Positions 46,792 to 61,615 of a DNA stretch of 64,000 nucleotides are shown here, one piece after another. Every line of letters begins with the position of its first letter. Position 1 is the stretch's first letter. Under the pieces are notes generated by a model. The model was not told where the DNA came from, ran no database searches, and saw nothing but the letters and a program-made list of their open reading frames with translations. The translations under genes and the position numbers were made by a program. Origin of the DNA: Octopus sinensis (taxonomy: Eukaryota); assembly GCF_006345805.1 (NCBI RefSeq), contig NC_043003.1, positions 35,960,001-36,024,000 on the forward strand, written 5' to 3'.

Positions 46792-49007
46792 TAGAAGAAT
46801 AAGTTTTCAATGCAGGACGAAAGACATCAGAGATGACCATTCTAATTACCAAGTTTAAGTATATAAAGTAAGAATGGAATCACCATGGAATGGAAAATAT
46901 TCCCATATCGCTCAATGACGATAATATTGCGACAATATAAGGAATCGAAATAAATCTTTTATGCCTTTTGCCATAGACCCACCAGTCATCGATAAAAATT
47001 AAGTACCCGTCAAGTACTGTCGTCGATTTAATTGATTAGCCTCTTTCTGTGAAAAGGCTCTTGAGCCTTAGTTAGAAGCCATTATTGTTGTTATTAATAA
47101 TGGTGTTCTTTTGCTGAATCGTTACAGCATTCCTTCAAGGGAACTTTCTTTAATTTTCGTCTATAAGGTACACCACAATAGTAACAATCAAGTACAAAGA
47201 TCGATTTCACCGAGTAGCCCCTTCCCCTAAAGTTTTAGAGCTTATGCCTACGTTACAGTCATTAGAACGTCGAAATACGTTGTGGTGTTTCTTCCGAATT
47301 TTTATGATCGGTGTTCAAAATATACTGAGGCGAAATTTACCTTTTCATACAACGGGGGAAGGCTAAAATAAAATCATGACCTTCAGATTATCCTGCATGT
47401 TCATTTTAAAAACAGGGTGTTATATGTGAAATATTCACGTACTCTTTCTAGTAGGTAGTAAATCTGCCTTAGTTTCTTTCGATGGAACTGTCACCATTAT
47501 ATTCTGGAGAAAAGGGACTCTAACTGTCATCTTTGATTAGCTGTTTCTTGTGTTATATAAATTTAGTTATCATTTTTCTTGGTAGATGATTTTACAGTCG
47601 TTGTTATTCAGTCCCTGGTCAGCTTTGATTGGGGACACTCGCCGAGACGATCCCACCATTTTACAAGTATCTAAAATTATATTATTCAATGCATACATTA
47701 TTTTGAGATAGTGGGACGTGAAAACAATTAGTTACTACTTCTAGCAGACGTAGTGTTATTTTGTTTCCGAGTGATTTATACGCAAGACAGATTATATTTG
47801 AAACTGCTTTACTCACAATTCCCAGATTATAATTTCCAAGATACATTACTCTGGATTCACATGATTGGTCCTGGGTTCTGTGGCCTCTCAAGCCTTTCAA
47901 CTTCAGATGTCAATCGCATCGTGGACACTTTTGATTAACACTCAGTTTCTGTTTCATTATCTTGAGATTTTTTTCTTTTTCACAGATCCTTAGAACATTT
48001 GAAAGAATGTCACGTGGTGTTTGTACTAGTTCTCTCTGGTCTTAGTACAAATTTCACCGAGGCTAGCTTTACCTTTCATTAGTCTACTATCTGTAACAAA
48101 CCCCACATTCATCAGTATCTGTTCATGTCATACATATAAAATTAGAAATATAAATACATATGTTAACATTAACACATTTTTGTACATATATGTATTTTCA
48201 CATAGATACAATCATCAGTTGCCTCATCCATTCATCCATCTACCCATTTCCTTAAAATGACCCACGTCTAATTCACTGGCCTAAAATCAAGCTCTTCATC
48301 AATTTAATCGGCCTATCTTGCCAACAACTGTAGCTTCTCCATCTTTTCAACGTTACTTTCTATTCAAACATACATACGGGAAACTTTTTTAAATACTGTC
48401 ACTGATTTACTTATCGATCTTCAAATTATTTATGAAGCAGTCTCTCAATAGAGATTCTCATTTTCCCATCACCCGGTTAAACATTTATATCTTTACATGC
48501 ATATCTAAAATTCAATACAACTATGTGCCCTTGAAACCATCGACGCAATCTGCCCGTTAACGGAAGCGTTCCTTTATCAAGCCTACACAGCTACGTAGTC
48601 AACAACCTAACTGGAGAGTGATTCACAGTTGAGAGGTGTGCACATATTCAAACATGCCAGGTTATCCAGTTATGAGATCATTTGCAATAATTCATAAATC
48701 TACAAATCAAATTGTAAAACAGTCTTTCCAGCTAAGCAGCATTGGCACACCCAGCAGTATGCCAATAAGCCCTACCGTTCTATGCTGGAGAAAAACATCT
48801 ACTCCTAACTGAACTATCGATCCACTTACCCGGTTGACTATACATCGAGTTATATTATTCCTTGCAGTCAGCTTACAACATATTTCTGTACACTCGTGTA
48901 AATATCAAACTGCCCAAACGTGCATTGATACAACCATGCAAGTATAACCATACACGCTCCATTACCTCTATATTTTTGTCAATATTTTCCTCCACTATCT
49001 ATCTATC

Positions 49008-49113
<106 letters not shown>

Positions 49114-49114
49114 C

Positions 49115-49146
<32 letters not shown>

Positions 49147-49660
49147 CACTTGAAAAGGAAAGTGAAGTAGAGAGGCAAGTTTGTCTAGCGAATGTTTAAA
49201 AAAAGATGGGTGAATGTAGCAAGAATGGCACGTATGAATGACGAAGCCACCTTGAGCATAGTCCTATGAACCCAGAAATCGAAAACAAGAGTTGCTTATT
49301 GCAAAAAAAAAAAAAAAAGAAATATAAAATTGACTTCATTGACCGAGGTTACCGTGGTCTTTTCCGCAGGCTTTTCTTTCCACGGTAAACCTCACCTGTC
49401 CTCCCCTTTACACTTCATATTGACATTTCTGTGATAACGATCCCTATTGATCATTTTTTTTTCCTCTCCCCCCCCCCCCTTTTTTTTTTTTTTTTAACCC
49501 CCCTTTTTTGTCCTCTTTCTCTCCTTTACGATCCCTTTTGATCGAACCTCCCCCTTCCTTTTTTTTTTTTTTTTTTTTTTTTTTAATACCTTCAAAAGAA
49601 AAGCTCTACCTTGTAATTTGTTCTATCTGTGTGCAGCCCTGTGTGGCTAATAAAGAAACA

Positions 49661-49701
<41 letters not shown>

Positions 49702-49918
49702 CGTGTACGTCTCTCTCTCTTTCTATGTATATATTATATAATATAGTAAGTATATATATATTATATATATATATAATATATATATATTATTATATATTAT
49801 ATTATAACACATAAATGCGAAACAAGGTGGAAAGAAATGGTATTCTTATACCAGAGGTAGGGTAATATGCTTTTCTTATTATTAACACTGCAAAAGCATC
49901 ACAGAAATTGAATTTTGC

Positions 49919-49995
<77 letters not shown>

Positions 49996-50385
49996 ATATA
50001 TATATAGTTATTTTACGTGTATATTTATATGTATGTGCGTGTATGATTACATGAAAAAAGACGTTATTGATTTCTTGAAATCTAGGAAATCCATGGGTTC
50101 AAAATTTATACAATAAACTTACGTGTTTATTAATTATTTATTTATTTATCATTAATTAATCTATTTTGAACTCGTAAAACATATTCATGTATTTTTTTAA
50201 CAACCCAAGTTTTTCTTCGATTTTATACTGCACGATATATTTGTATATTTATATTTACTGTTTCAATCTACATATTTCCCCCAAAAAAAACCGATAGCGA
50301 AATTACCCAGTCAAATTCAAATGCTTATTTATGAAAACTGCACCATATCAAAATATATATTACACATACAATCACAATTTTATTT

Positions 50386-50439
50386 CATTCTTGATGACAA
50401 CGGACCGACAAACGGGTACGTGAAACTCTGAGTAGCAGG
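50386..50439 (+). ncRNA. degenerate type I hammerhead in a P4 pseudo-LTR fragment
   Basis: TTGATGA core (C3U), imperfect stem II, GAAAC, near-palindromic ACTCTGAGT stem III, GTA site; stem I poorly paired. The downstream sequence resembles the reverse complement of 49870-49915. Confidence 0.4.
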
Positions 50440-50478
50440 TTTTCGTGATGTCTTTGCAGCTTTAATAATACCAAAAAG

Positions 50479-50521
<43 letters not shown>

Positions 50522-50979
50522 ATGTGTGTGTGTGTTGTGTGTTGTGTTTGTGTGTGTGTGTGTGTAAGATCCAAGAATTGAGATGTAGGAAGAAGGGGGG
50601 TGCTTTAAGTAAATCCTAGAATATAAAAAAAGACAACTTTCAGGAACAATAGCGGTTTATTGGGGCAGACGTTGTAGATTTATTTCACTTTCGCAGTACG
50701 ATAAGCAGAAACAAATTGCTTTATATTTCATGATAGGTAGCCAGGGTTGCCAGTTATGCGAATAAAAGCACAAGAGAGTAGATTGAATCCAGGTTACATA
50801 TATTTCATAGCGCACGGGGCTTCTGAAATGCTTATAATATCAAAGCGAGGTGTATACTGCACGATATTCTTCAGGTCAAGGATATCTTGATTAAATGACG
50901 TTTACATAGAGCACGGTACTATGGTCTCTACGCATTCTGATTACTCCATTCCTTAACTCTTATATATATATATATATAT

Positions 50980-51020
<41 letters not shown>

Positions 51021-51711
51021 CAATAATAAATCTCTGAACGATGTACAAACTGTAGCTGCACGACAATGTGAAGTGTATTTGCCATATAAATGTGGCTAAC
51101 CACTAAGGGTGGATGCTACAGTAGCTTGTAGCCCCAGGAGAACATCTTCTCCAGCTGGCTATTGACACACTGTCTGTGTCTTATCAGTATTAGCAAAGGG
51201 AAGCCATCCTTCCCATCGTCAACCTGACGTGATACGCACGGACCTGGGTTTCTGAAAATTTATACGTCGTCAGCGCACACACACACACACACACATATAT
51301 ATATAATATATAACACGCATATACAAAAGCATGAGGTCCTAATGAAGTTTGAGAATCGATTAAAGGTGTTCACATTTTTTTAATCTACAGAGGAAATTGT
51401 AAAATTTGCTATGTTTGTATTTCTACTATGAAGGATTACATAGATTGTATCATAACTAGATACTTTGTGGACTATTGACAGGCCGCTGATATGAAATAAG
51501 GTACTAAATATTTATAGCATGCAAAGTAGTAGCTCCAATTTTCATAAATTACTGAATATGGTGTGTTTATAAACTGATTGGCTACTAGTTTTCTATGGAT
51601 TTAGTCAAGTGATGTTAACACCTCTTATCAGAATTAAGTAAAGTTTGGAAGTGTATTAAGGTAGTCATTGATTTCTTTTTCCAATTTACGGAGAAATAGT
51701 TAAATTCCCCA

Positions 51712-51747
<36 letters not shown>

Positions 51748-53577
51748 ACTATGAGGATATGTAGAACGCTTATAGGGATATTTTTATGCAAGATACACGG
51801 TTTTAATATATTATAATTTGAAGAGACATTTCTTCAATTAATATATCCTATAAATATTATAAAATATCAAATATTAATATTGTTTGAAACGGAGAGATCT
51901 AATGGATACAAATTAATTTATCAATTAATTAAGATCTTCACCTACAATTGTTCCCTTTCTCAATCAAAAATTTAAATTACAAAACATATAGCAACATATA
52001 ATCTTGCATTTAAAATCTCTTGGGTGAAAAATCATGAGGGTGTACAAAAGGATTATATTCTGAATATATTAAAGTATTCCAACGGATCATAATTTGATCT
52101 TTGTAATGTCCTTTTGTACGCCCTGATGATTTTTGCTGGTGTGTTTACGTCCCAGTAAACCAGCGGTTCCGCAAAAGAGACCGATAGAATAAGTACTATG
52201 TTTACAAAGAATAATTCCTGGAGTTGATTTGCTCGACTAAAAAGGCGGTGCTCCAGCATGGGTGCAGTCAAATGACTGAAACAAATAAAAGAAAAAAAAG
52301 AATAAAAGAATAAATGTTTTTGATTTGGTTATGCTATGGCGTTCAATTATTTAATTAGTTTCGAGACTTCCTGTACAAACATGGTCAGATTCCTTCTAAG
52401 GCTTTAATAAGTGTACTTTTTGGAGACTAGTGTCATGTTTCCGGTGAACATAGATTACACAATTGCATTATTAGCACAATAGGATTAAACATAATTAAGC
52501 GTGGTCTATCTTAATGTGCTTTTCAATTCCCTACATCACCGAAGTTAAGAGACGAGTTTAATTTTGTTTCTTGAGAGAAAGTTATGTATATGTTACTTAT
52601 AGAGGATTATAGAATGATTTGATGCCAATAAATATTTAAATCTATTTAAAGGTAAACTAAAACCCACACTATACTCCACCTGCGATTTGACGAAAGTGGA
52701 AATTTTATCGCCAAACTACCAGTCATATGAAAACAAGAATGGGAAAACAGACTTATAAAACAAAAATATCTGATGATGGAATTTAATCTGAAATTGCTTT
52801 GAAAAGCACATTAATATCTTATCCTGCAACAAATCTCTAGGTTTTCACTTACTTTTTAGTAAATCGAGTCTCATTCGATTTCTCATATTTACGTTTCTTT
52901 AGAATTATGTCACGAAATTACGTTATGCTGATTTATCTATATATCAATGTGTTTATCTCCTAACTTACTTTCCCAATCTACTTTCATGGTGTATGACATA
53001 ATCCAATTCCGAACTTAGCGATTTTTCTCTTCCACTCGCTACAAACCGTAAACTATTCGCCAATCTCTCACACTATCAACATATCTACAAACCTATCTAT
53101 TTATCGATCTATATATGTTGCTATTTGAATCCCGGTCTTTATGTCTATCGCTATATTCGTCTAGTGAGCTACCTTGATACACACCTGTCTATTTATGTCA
53201 CTACTTCAGGCCTATAAAACAGATTATCTATAAAACATCCTTTGGACACGCCTTGCAATATCCCCGGATTTTTCGTTAGTATTACGTAATATTTAAATAT
53301 CTGTTCTCTTGGAAATCGTGACTTTTCTCACTCTTCTAATTTAACCGATGCTTTGTATTGTAATTGATTTTTCTCTGACGTGTATTTTTTTTCCTTGAGC
53401 TCACACTTTTTCTCTGTTTTCGCTTCTTTTCCTCATGCATTCCCTCCATGTAACCGCTTTTCACACCACCCACACACTTGAAGACATTTCTAACGTATTC
53501 CTCATTCCTTGTGCATTTTATTTTGCCTTATTCTCGAACCCGATCGCACTGCCTCACAACCACATGTTAACAATTGC

Positions 53578-53613
<36 letters not shown>

Positions 53614-54333
53614 TAGCATCTCACATTCTCACTAACCTACGCCCGTATACACCCGCACTTGCACTGAGCTGCATACATACACAAACCTGAAAGACAAAAT
53701 ACTGCTACCTATATGACTATATCTAAACACAGATACAGTCCTATACCTGATGTACATAACAAATTCTTATTACCTTAATTACGCCCTTTTAGAACTGCAT
53801 TCTGCTCAATCCAAACCGACCACATGTTTTTACTCTCACCGGCTCTTCCTTTTCCTCACTCCCCATGTAATATTCTATTCCTTCTGATAAAAGACTAACG
53901 CCCCAAACTTTAGTGGGTATTTTCCCTTAAATTTACTCTTCATGCTAATGCAATATTTCTGAATCCCTGTCCTTCGGTGTTAACTATTACATCACTAAAA
54001 ATTAAGCCGATCATAAAACATCTATTGATACCTAGAGTATTTTGACATTATATTCTTATCTCGGCATTTTATTATGTTAATTTCTAATGTTGTCGCAACA
54101 TTGAACAAATACGCGTAAAATAACCCTGTTGCCTTAAGTACAGTAAAACATTATGTAAGAATGCATGTATGTATGTATGTATGTATGTATGTATGTATGT
54201 ATGTATGTATGTATGTATCTATCTATCTATCAATCTCTATGTGTGTGTATACATAATGAGAGAGAGAGAGAGGGAGACGTATATGTTGATAGTCTTTAGA
54301 TGCGTTCTTGCATATACATACACACACACACAC

Positions 54334-54374
<41 letters not shown>

Positions 54375-54381
54375 ATGTATG

Positions 54382-54850
54382 TAAATTTTAAAAAATACAA
54401 ACTGGGACAAGAACGTGAAACATTTAGAAGACGATACAAAAAACACGGACGGGACATTCGAAGCCTTCAATCTTCAGTCAAGAACCGGATCATCTTCGCA
54501 ATTTCGGCTGATTAATCTTGAGATTGCTCCGATCTGGCTAGCCCCAAAGGAAAATCTAAGCCAAGCGCATTAGATTCCTTGGAAGAAAGCCTCGAATGTA
54601 TACAAAACAAGGACGGAAAAACGGACGATGTTACACGAATAAAAATAAAAATACAAAAAATACGTAAAAACAATAATGATAGCACGAATAAGAATACAAA
54701 AATACGTAAAAACAATAATGATAATAATAATAACAACAAAAACAGGACGTCACAGACAAGCGTATTTTCGACAGGACGAGTAAATTTTTGAGCTGGCGTT
54801 AGAAGAAAACCTTAGGGCTACAGAGAGACAAAAAAGTGTGTCTTGCCGCA
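54382..54850 (-). mobile_element. longest P1 family copy (putative Penelope-like terminal repeat)
   Basis: Abuts (TA)n at the same terminus as the other P1 copies; 54382-54525 is nearly the reverse complement of 58858-59000. Confidence 0.65.
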
Positions 54851-55123
54851 ACGGCTGCTGGACACGAAAGGTCAGCTATCGGTGGCTAGTCACGTGAGGG
54901 AAAGAGAGAGGAAAAGAGGGACAGATGAAGAGAGAAAGAAGGGAAACAAGGAACAAAGGAGGAGGAGAAGAGAGAGAGAGAGAGAAAGAGACAGATCAAG
55001 TGGAGTGCAAAGTGTGAAAGGCAGATAAATGTAGGAGAGGGGAGAGAGAGACAGTGTTGTAGAGTTGTACCATGTGTTAAAGAATATATACTTACATATA
55101 TATATATATGAGTGAATATCTAC

Positions 55124-55156
<33 letters not shown>

Positions 55157-55649
55157 TGTATGTATGTATGTATGTATCTATGTATGTCTGCGCGCGCGAT
55201 AGTTGAACGTATATGTATATGAGTATCCTGAAAGAAAATAGGAATTGATAGGCTGGTACATTAATCACAGTGTATAACAGTAATCAGGCAAAGAATGACG
55301 AGTTATGTGACTTCATTTGCTGACATGTTTGGTAATGCTTTTGTAACCGTACATCCAACATGCAATGGTTTGTACTCATATCGATCAATTAAATAATCTA
55401 TTAATCAATTAAATACTGGAATAGGCATCTCGCGAACTTTTCTCGTTAGAGCTGAATGTCGGTTCTGTTACATTTTCCAAACACTGCTAAGCTCGGTTCT
55501 TTAGGCTGAGGGAGAAGACAATGTACATGTTAGGCTCTTATATCTGGTCTATGCTTATCTGTCTGTCACCATGCTTATATATTTGTGTATATATGTTGAC
55601 TAGATGGTCGAAACATCGAAGCCACTCTCAAAACTGTTCCTATTAAAGA

Positions 55650-55924
55650 ATCATGTAACTGTGTCGTAGGAAGCTTGATTCTAACCACATGGTCCCATGT
55701 TCAGTCCCACTGTGTAGCACCTTGGGGAAGTCTTCTATTATAACTACAAGTCACTCAAAGCCTTGTAAGTGGCTGTGTGGTAAGTAGCTTGCTTACCAAC
55801 CACATGGATCCAGGTTCAGTCCCACTGCGTGGCACCTTTGGCAAATGTCTTCTACTATAGCCTCGGGCCGACCAAAGCCTTGTGAGTGGATTTGGTAGAC
55901 GGAAATTGAAATATACCCGTTGTA

Positions 55925-56007
<83 letters not shown>

Positions 56008-56033
56008 GTAATATGTATATATGTATATATGTG

Positions 56034-56068
<35 letters not shown>

Positions 56069-56330
56069 GTATGTATGTATGTATGTATGTATGTATGTAT
56101 GTATGGTATGTATGTATGTATGTGTGTGTATATGTTTATGTGCCTGCGTTTGTCTCCCAACATCGCTTGACAACCGATGCTGGTGTGTTTACGTCTCCGT
56201 AATTTAGCGGAGACCGATAGAATAAGTACTGGGCTTACAAAGAATATGTCCTGGCACCGATTTCTTCGACTAAAGGCGGTGCTCTAGCATGGCCGCAGTC
56301 GAATGACTGAAACAAGTAACAGAGTAAAAA
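55650..56330 (+). mobile_element. SINE family A full-length copy (55768-56330) preceded by a partial head
   Basis: Near-consensus head, about 220-bp internal (TA)/(TATG) tract, tail. Confidence 0.92.
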
Positions 56331-57354
56331 AGTATATATTTCTATGTACACGTATATTTTTATATGTATGTATTTATATATATATATATGTATGCATGTA
56401 CATATATGCATATGTATCTGGGTATGAATGTATGTGTGAGTGTGTATATGTGTGTGTATGTATGTATGAATATAGTTGTGCAGACAAAAACACACAAAAA
56501 CGACCAGAGTCCAACAGATCCATTCATCTCTACGGCCACCTCCTACCCTTTTGTACCCATCGATCAGCACTAGTCATCGATTAGCCCCATTCTTTCACTT
56601 CCCTATCAATGAAAGTTACCTCTCTCCAGCATTCAAACAAATCCACCTTTCTCTCTCTAATCCGTATCCATAGAGCCGATAATGTGTTCATCCGTTATGA
56701 CAGAAAGTTGTTAATGTGTAACAGAGAGACAGAGAAGGAGAGAGGGAGATACACAGAGAAAGAGAGAGAGAAAGGGATGGTGAAAAAGCGAGAGGGAGCT
56801 AGAGAGCGAGAGAGGGAAATAAAAGGAAGGGTGAGCGTATAGTGTATTGGAAGCTCTAAGGACGTTGTCAACCGTTTGAGGTAGCTGCCGTGTATATATG
56901 CGTATGTTTATTAGGTAGATGTGTGTGATTGTGGTAATATTTCAGTGCGTGCATGAGCTTGAAAGTGTGTGTGAGTTTATGCGTATAAGTGTTCCTCTAT
57001 ACGTGTGCATGTATACGTGTACGTGTGTATGTGCGTGCGTGTGTGTGCATATGTATGCAGATGAATGCTTAGGAGTATGAGTTATCGTATCTCAGTTGTT
57101 TAATTCGTTAGCGTTAGTGGGCGGTTGTGCGTTTGCCTGTTTCGTGTGTTAAGGTATTTCCATGTGTCATGTATACGTAAATACGTACATACATTTTCTA
57201 TGTGTGTGTGTTTGAATTATGCATGTATGTACGTGCAAGTATATCTATATATTTTATATATACATATATATAAATATATATACATATATATATATATATA
57301 TACGTATATGTATATATTTATATACACACACATACATAGATATATGTATGTGAG

Positions 57355-57389
<35 letters not shown>

Positions 57390-57485
57390 CACGCACACAC
57401 GAATATTTATGTATATATATATATATATATATATAAATCATATACATATATATATATTATGCCTGTATTCATACATGTATATATA

Positions 57486-57550
<65 letters not shown>

Positions 57551-58574
57551 GATACATATATATGCATACATATATGTGTATGATTATATATATACATATA
57601 TATTCGTGTGTGCGTGTATATATGTGTGTGTGTATGCATGTATGTATGTATATATATTATTTAGAAGCAGGAAGAGAGGAATGGTGTGACTGGTTGGAAG
57701 AGTGTAGCAGCAAAGATAAAAGAGAATTGGTGGGTAACATCACACGTAAGAATTCGTTCCGATAAGACCATAAATAAATAAATAAATAAATAAACAACGC
57801 TGGACAGTGAGGTAAGGGAGAGGGTGACTTAGAAGTAAGAGAAATATCAAGAGACACGACATTGATAGTTTGGTAAATACGGAGCGGGGGAGGGTAGACG
57901 AGAATGTGTTGTGGTGGTGGGGAAATTAGTGTGTGTGAGAGAGAAACAGAGAGTGACTGAGTGTGTAGAATGTGTGAGAGCTATACAGAGAGGAAGGATT
58001 TGAAGAGAGGCATTCCATGAATCAGCACTGAATGAAGTAGGGGTTGGTCATAGTTTTGAAGGAGCGTGGAAAAGCAGATGAGTGAAATAGAGGGCGGAAT
58101 AGAAGTAAACAGAGATAGACAGAGGGAGAGAGAGAAAGAGGGGGTGGGGGAGAGAAAGGGAAAGAAAGAGATAGAGAGAGATAGAAGTAGGGTTCAAAGA
58201 TGTAGGAGAGTGCTGGAGAGTAGGAGAGTACTGGATTTGATATAGAAATGAAGAGAGAGGCAAAGAGGTATACGCCAAGTGAAAGGAAACGTATCCTTTC
58301 ATTCTCTTTTGTTTAGTTTTGTTTTTTTTTGTCTTATTAGTTTTGCTTCAGTCATTGGGATACGGCCATGCTTGAGTACTACTTAGAAGATTATAGTCGG
58401 AAAAATCGACGTCCACTCCTTATTTTGTCGTACACTTTTGGCAAACTACTAGCACGAAGACAGTAACACACAAACATTCAAACACACACATACACGTACA
58501 CACGTGCGCACACACATACACACACACTCATACACACACTATAAATATATATATATGTGTGTGCGTGAACGCGC

Positions 58575-58848
58575 GTTGATTGTGGTAAGGGCATTTGGCT
58601 CACGATCGTAACGTTGTGCGTTCAATTCCCGGTGACGCGTCGTGTCCTTGAGCCTGACACTTTATTTCACATTCCTCCAGTTCACTCAGCTGGCAAAAAT
58701 AGGTAGTACCTATATTTCAAAGGGCCGACCTTGTCGCACCCTGTGTCATGCTGAATCTCCATGAGAGTTACGTTAAGGGTACACGCAACCTGTTCTGTTG
58801 ATCGTATCAGCTGGGATGTTCGTCGTCGCAACCGACGGAGCGCTCCTA
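58575..58848 (+). mobile_element. SINE family D
   Basis: tRNA-like head (GTGGTAAGG..GTTCAATTCCC), then GTGTCCTTGAGC..ACACTTTATTTCAC block. Confidence 0.7.
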
Positions 58849-58857
58849 TATATATAT

Positions 58858-59000
58858 CAAGATTAATCAGCCGAAATTGCGAAGATGATCCGGTTCTTGA
58901 CTGAAGACTGAAGGCTTCGAATGTCCCGTCCGTGTTTTTTGTATCGTCTTCTAAATGTTTTACGTTCTTGTCCCAGTTTGTATTTTTTACATTTACATAT
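58858..59000 (+). mobile_element. P1 family fragment flanked by (TA)n on both sides
   Basis: See 54382. Confidence 0.7.
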
Positions 59001-59042
59001 ATATATATATATAGAGAGAGAGAGAGGGAGAGAGAGAGAGAA

Positions 59043-59098
<56 letters not shown>

Positions 59099-59676
59099 TA
59101 TATATACATAGATAAATGTAGATATAGATATATAGATACACTTACATATATGTGTGTATGTATGTGTGTGTAGATAGATTAATATATATATACACACAGA
59201 GAGACAGACTGACACATGTATACATACATACATACATACATACATACATACATACATACATACATACATACATACATACATACATACATACGTACATAGT
59301 TACCCCGAAGCAATTTAGAAGATACTTGCTTAAGGTGCTGCGCATTGGCACTGAATCCAAGTCGATGAGGCTGCTAAGTAAAAATCTTAACAGCATGGCT
59401 GTGTCTATGCTGTTAAGATTAAAATAAGATTTTTTGCGTGCATCCCACGTTGACTTTGACTTTCAAAAGTTATTTTAGAAGCAATTATTCACCTTTAATA
59501 TTTTCCGTAATAAAATATGAATGCGTAGGCTGGTTCATAGAGATGAAGGATAAAATTTCGTATAAGAAGTCAACCAAGTTCATTTTATTTTATAATGGCT
59601 AGCTCTACTGTGTGCTATAAGTGACAGATGTGACTTTCGTAGAAATGTCTTCGTTGGGTTTCATATTTCTTTAATG

Positions 59677-60037
59677 TAGTGGTTCTCAACTGAGGTCCAC
59701 ATGCCCCTCAGGGTCCATATAAGACATTTGGGGGTGTGAGGGTGGTGGTAGGATGTCCACGCAACAAAATAGTAAATCGTCCACAATAGTATTGTAAGGG
59801 CCGCTGAAAAAGTTTTGCTTTAGATGTGTTTTAGTATGTGAAGCAAGAAACAGGTAGGTTTCTTTCTCTAACATTTTACATAGTTCAGCCTACACAAATT
59901 AATGTGTTTAAAAGAAAATAGGAATTTTGAAAGAAATTTCTATAAAGCTAACATCGTATAGTTATGAGAGTCCACAAGAATAAGATAGTGACCAAAAGGG
60001 TCTACAAATAAATTTAAAAAATGGTTAGGAAACCCTG
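59677..60037. mobile_element. hAT (Charlie-like) MITE, 361 bp
   Basis: TIRs TAGTGGTTCTCAAC and GGTTAGGAAACCCTG; 8-bp flanks CTTTAATG and CTTTAAGG (7/8). Confidence 0.8.
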
Positions 60038-60084
60038 CTTTAAGGTATACTTCTATTCTATTGGCATTCCTTTAGGCAAAATCG

Positions 60085-60280
60085 TTATCATCCCCGTTAA
60101 AATAATTAGCGGCATTTTGTTCGCCTTTACATTGTGAGCTCAAATTCTGCCGAGGCTAACTTTGCTTTTCAGAGTCGATAAGATAATTACTAGTTGTGTA
60201 CAGGGGTTGACGTAATCGACTCCCCATTACCCGGAAAAACTGTTGTTGGCCCTGTGCCAAAACTTGAAACCATTATATTG
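60085..60280 (+). mobile_element. SINE family B, diverged
   Basis: GAGCTCAAATTCTGCCGAGG..GTCGATA..GTAATCGACT. Confidence 0.75.
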
Positions 60281-61399
60281 GATTTCCTAAATTCACATAT
60301 TATGATATATAATTCTTTTATTATCCTATGTATTCGCGTATGTTGGCAAACAGACCAGACAATTTTGTGTTAGCCAACGATGCCGGTTAATTTTTATAGT
60401 TAACTATCATTATACACAAAAGCGCCGATCCTGACAGCTGTTTTCAATACATATAAATTATATATATAAGATCACTGAAAAAAAAAAAGAAAAGAAAAAG
60501 CGCATCAACAACGTGATAGATGCTCACACAATGGACAAATAAGGAAAGAAACTGACGTAACGAGTACAGCTGGTATATGATATTCGGATACAGCAATTGG
60601 CGCGTCCTAATGAAGACACTACCGCCAAAACTGGTGGAAGACTGATATTTTACAAACAACTTGCAGTTGCAAGTGTTAAGAACTGAAAGCTTCGCATCGC
60701 CGATGCTAGCAAGCTTATGGGATCATCAGGAGTAAATGTGCGCCGAGTCGGGGCTTTCTTGTTGACGACATCATTGCACACGCCCTCCGCTCTCAATGAA
60801 TTGAAGCACTGCTTGCCAAATCAACTGGTTACACATTTTTCGTAAAAATTTTTATTAATAAGAGAGATAATTTTTCGCCTCTATGATTTCATGACTATGA
60901 TGATAAGTAACAGGAACCTGAGAGTTATTCGGATTTTGATGATTGTAAGTTTACATCCGTCAGTTATGTCGTGTAGATGTTATATGCTACAACAACACTG
61001 ATGTTTTCCAAAATAATATTTTCTCATATTGAATCTTAGTCTTCATTTTATGCATACCACATATTAATATAAAATACTATAGTAAGTTCCTGTTTAGCAG
61101 TACGAATTTCCTACAAATCCTTATAAACAAATGAAAGAATATATGATCTAAACTGGAAATGCACGAGTGTTCGTCAAGCATTTTATATCTAGAGGGAAAG
61201 ACTATGTAAACAAAAATTACCTAACGACAACACTAATGCTGATGGCATTAACCATGTCGTTAAAAGAATTCTTCATCATGACGATTATATGGATGAAGGA
61301 CTCTCGATATGTACTATACAGGGCATAGCAAATTCAATCGAAGAAAAAATAAGAGCTATTATTTTCTACTCTATTTGGCACAACAATAGAAATTTTGTT

Positions 61400-61615
61400 T
61401 CAAATTTTGACACGTGGCCAGTGATTTCGGGGTCGTGGGTAAGTCGATTACATCGAGCCCAGAGCTCAAGTGTTACTTCTTTTATCGGCCCTGAAATGAT
61501 GAAAGACGAAGTCAAACTCGGTAAAATTTGAACACAGAAGTTAAAGAGGAATGAAATGCCGCTAAGCATTTTGCTTGGCATGTTAACGATTCTGCCAACT
61601 CGCCGCCTACAACAA
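61400..61615 (-). mobile_element. SINE family B, diverged
   Basis: Reverse head TAACGATTCTGCCAACTCGCCGCC and central GTCGATTACATCGA. Confidence 0.8.

Noticed and set aside
51391-51500. Second Cys-rich exon candidate (GNCKICYVC..)
   Set aside because: All frames stop inside the interval, the donor is weak, and it lies downstream of the other candidate's stop with no linking evidence.
58895-58930. P1 motif CTGAAGA..TTCGAATGTC as a canonical hammerhead
   Set aside because: GAAU replaces GAAA, stem II does not close at 10.1/11.1, and there is no A15.1-U16.1 pair; kept only as an untested variant.
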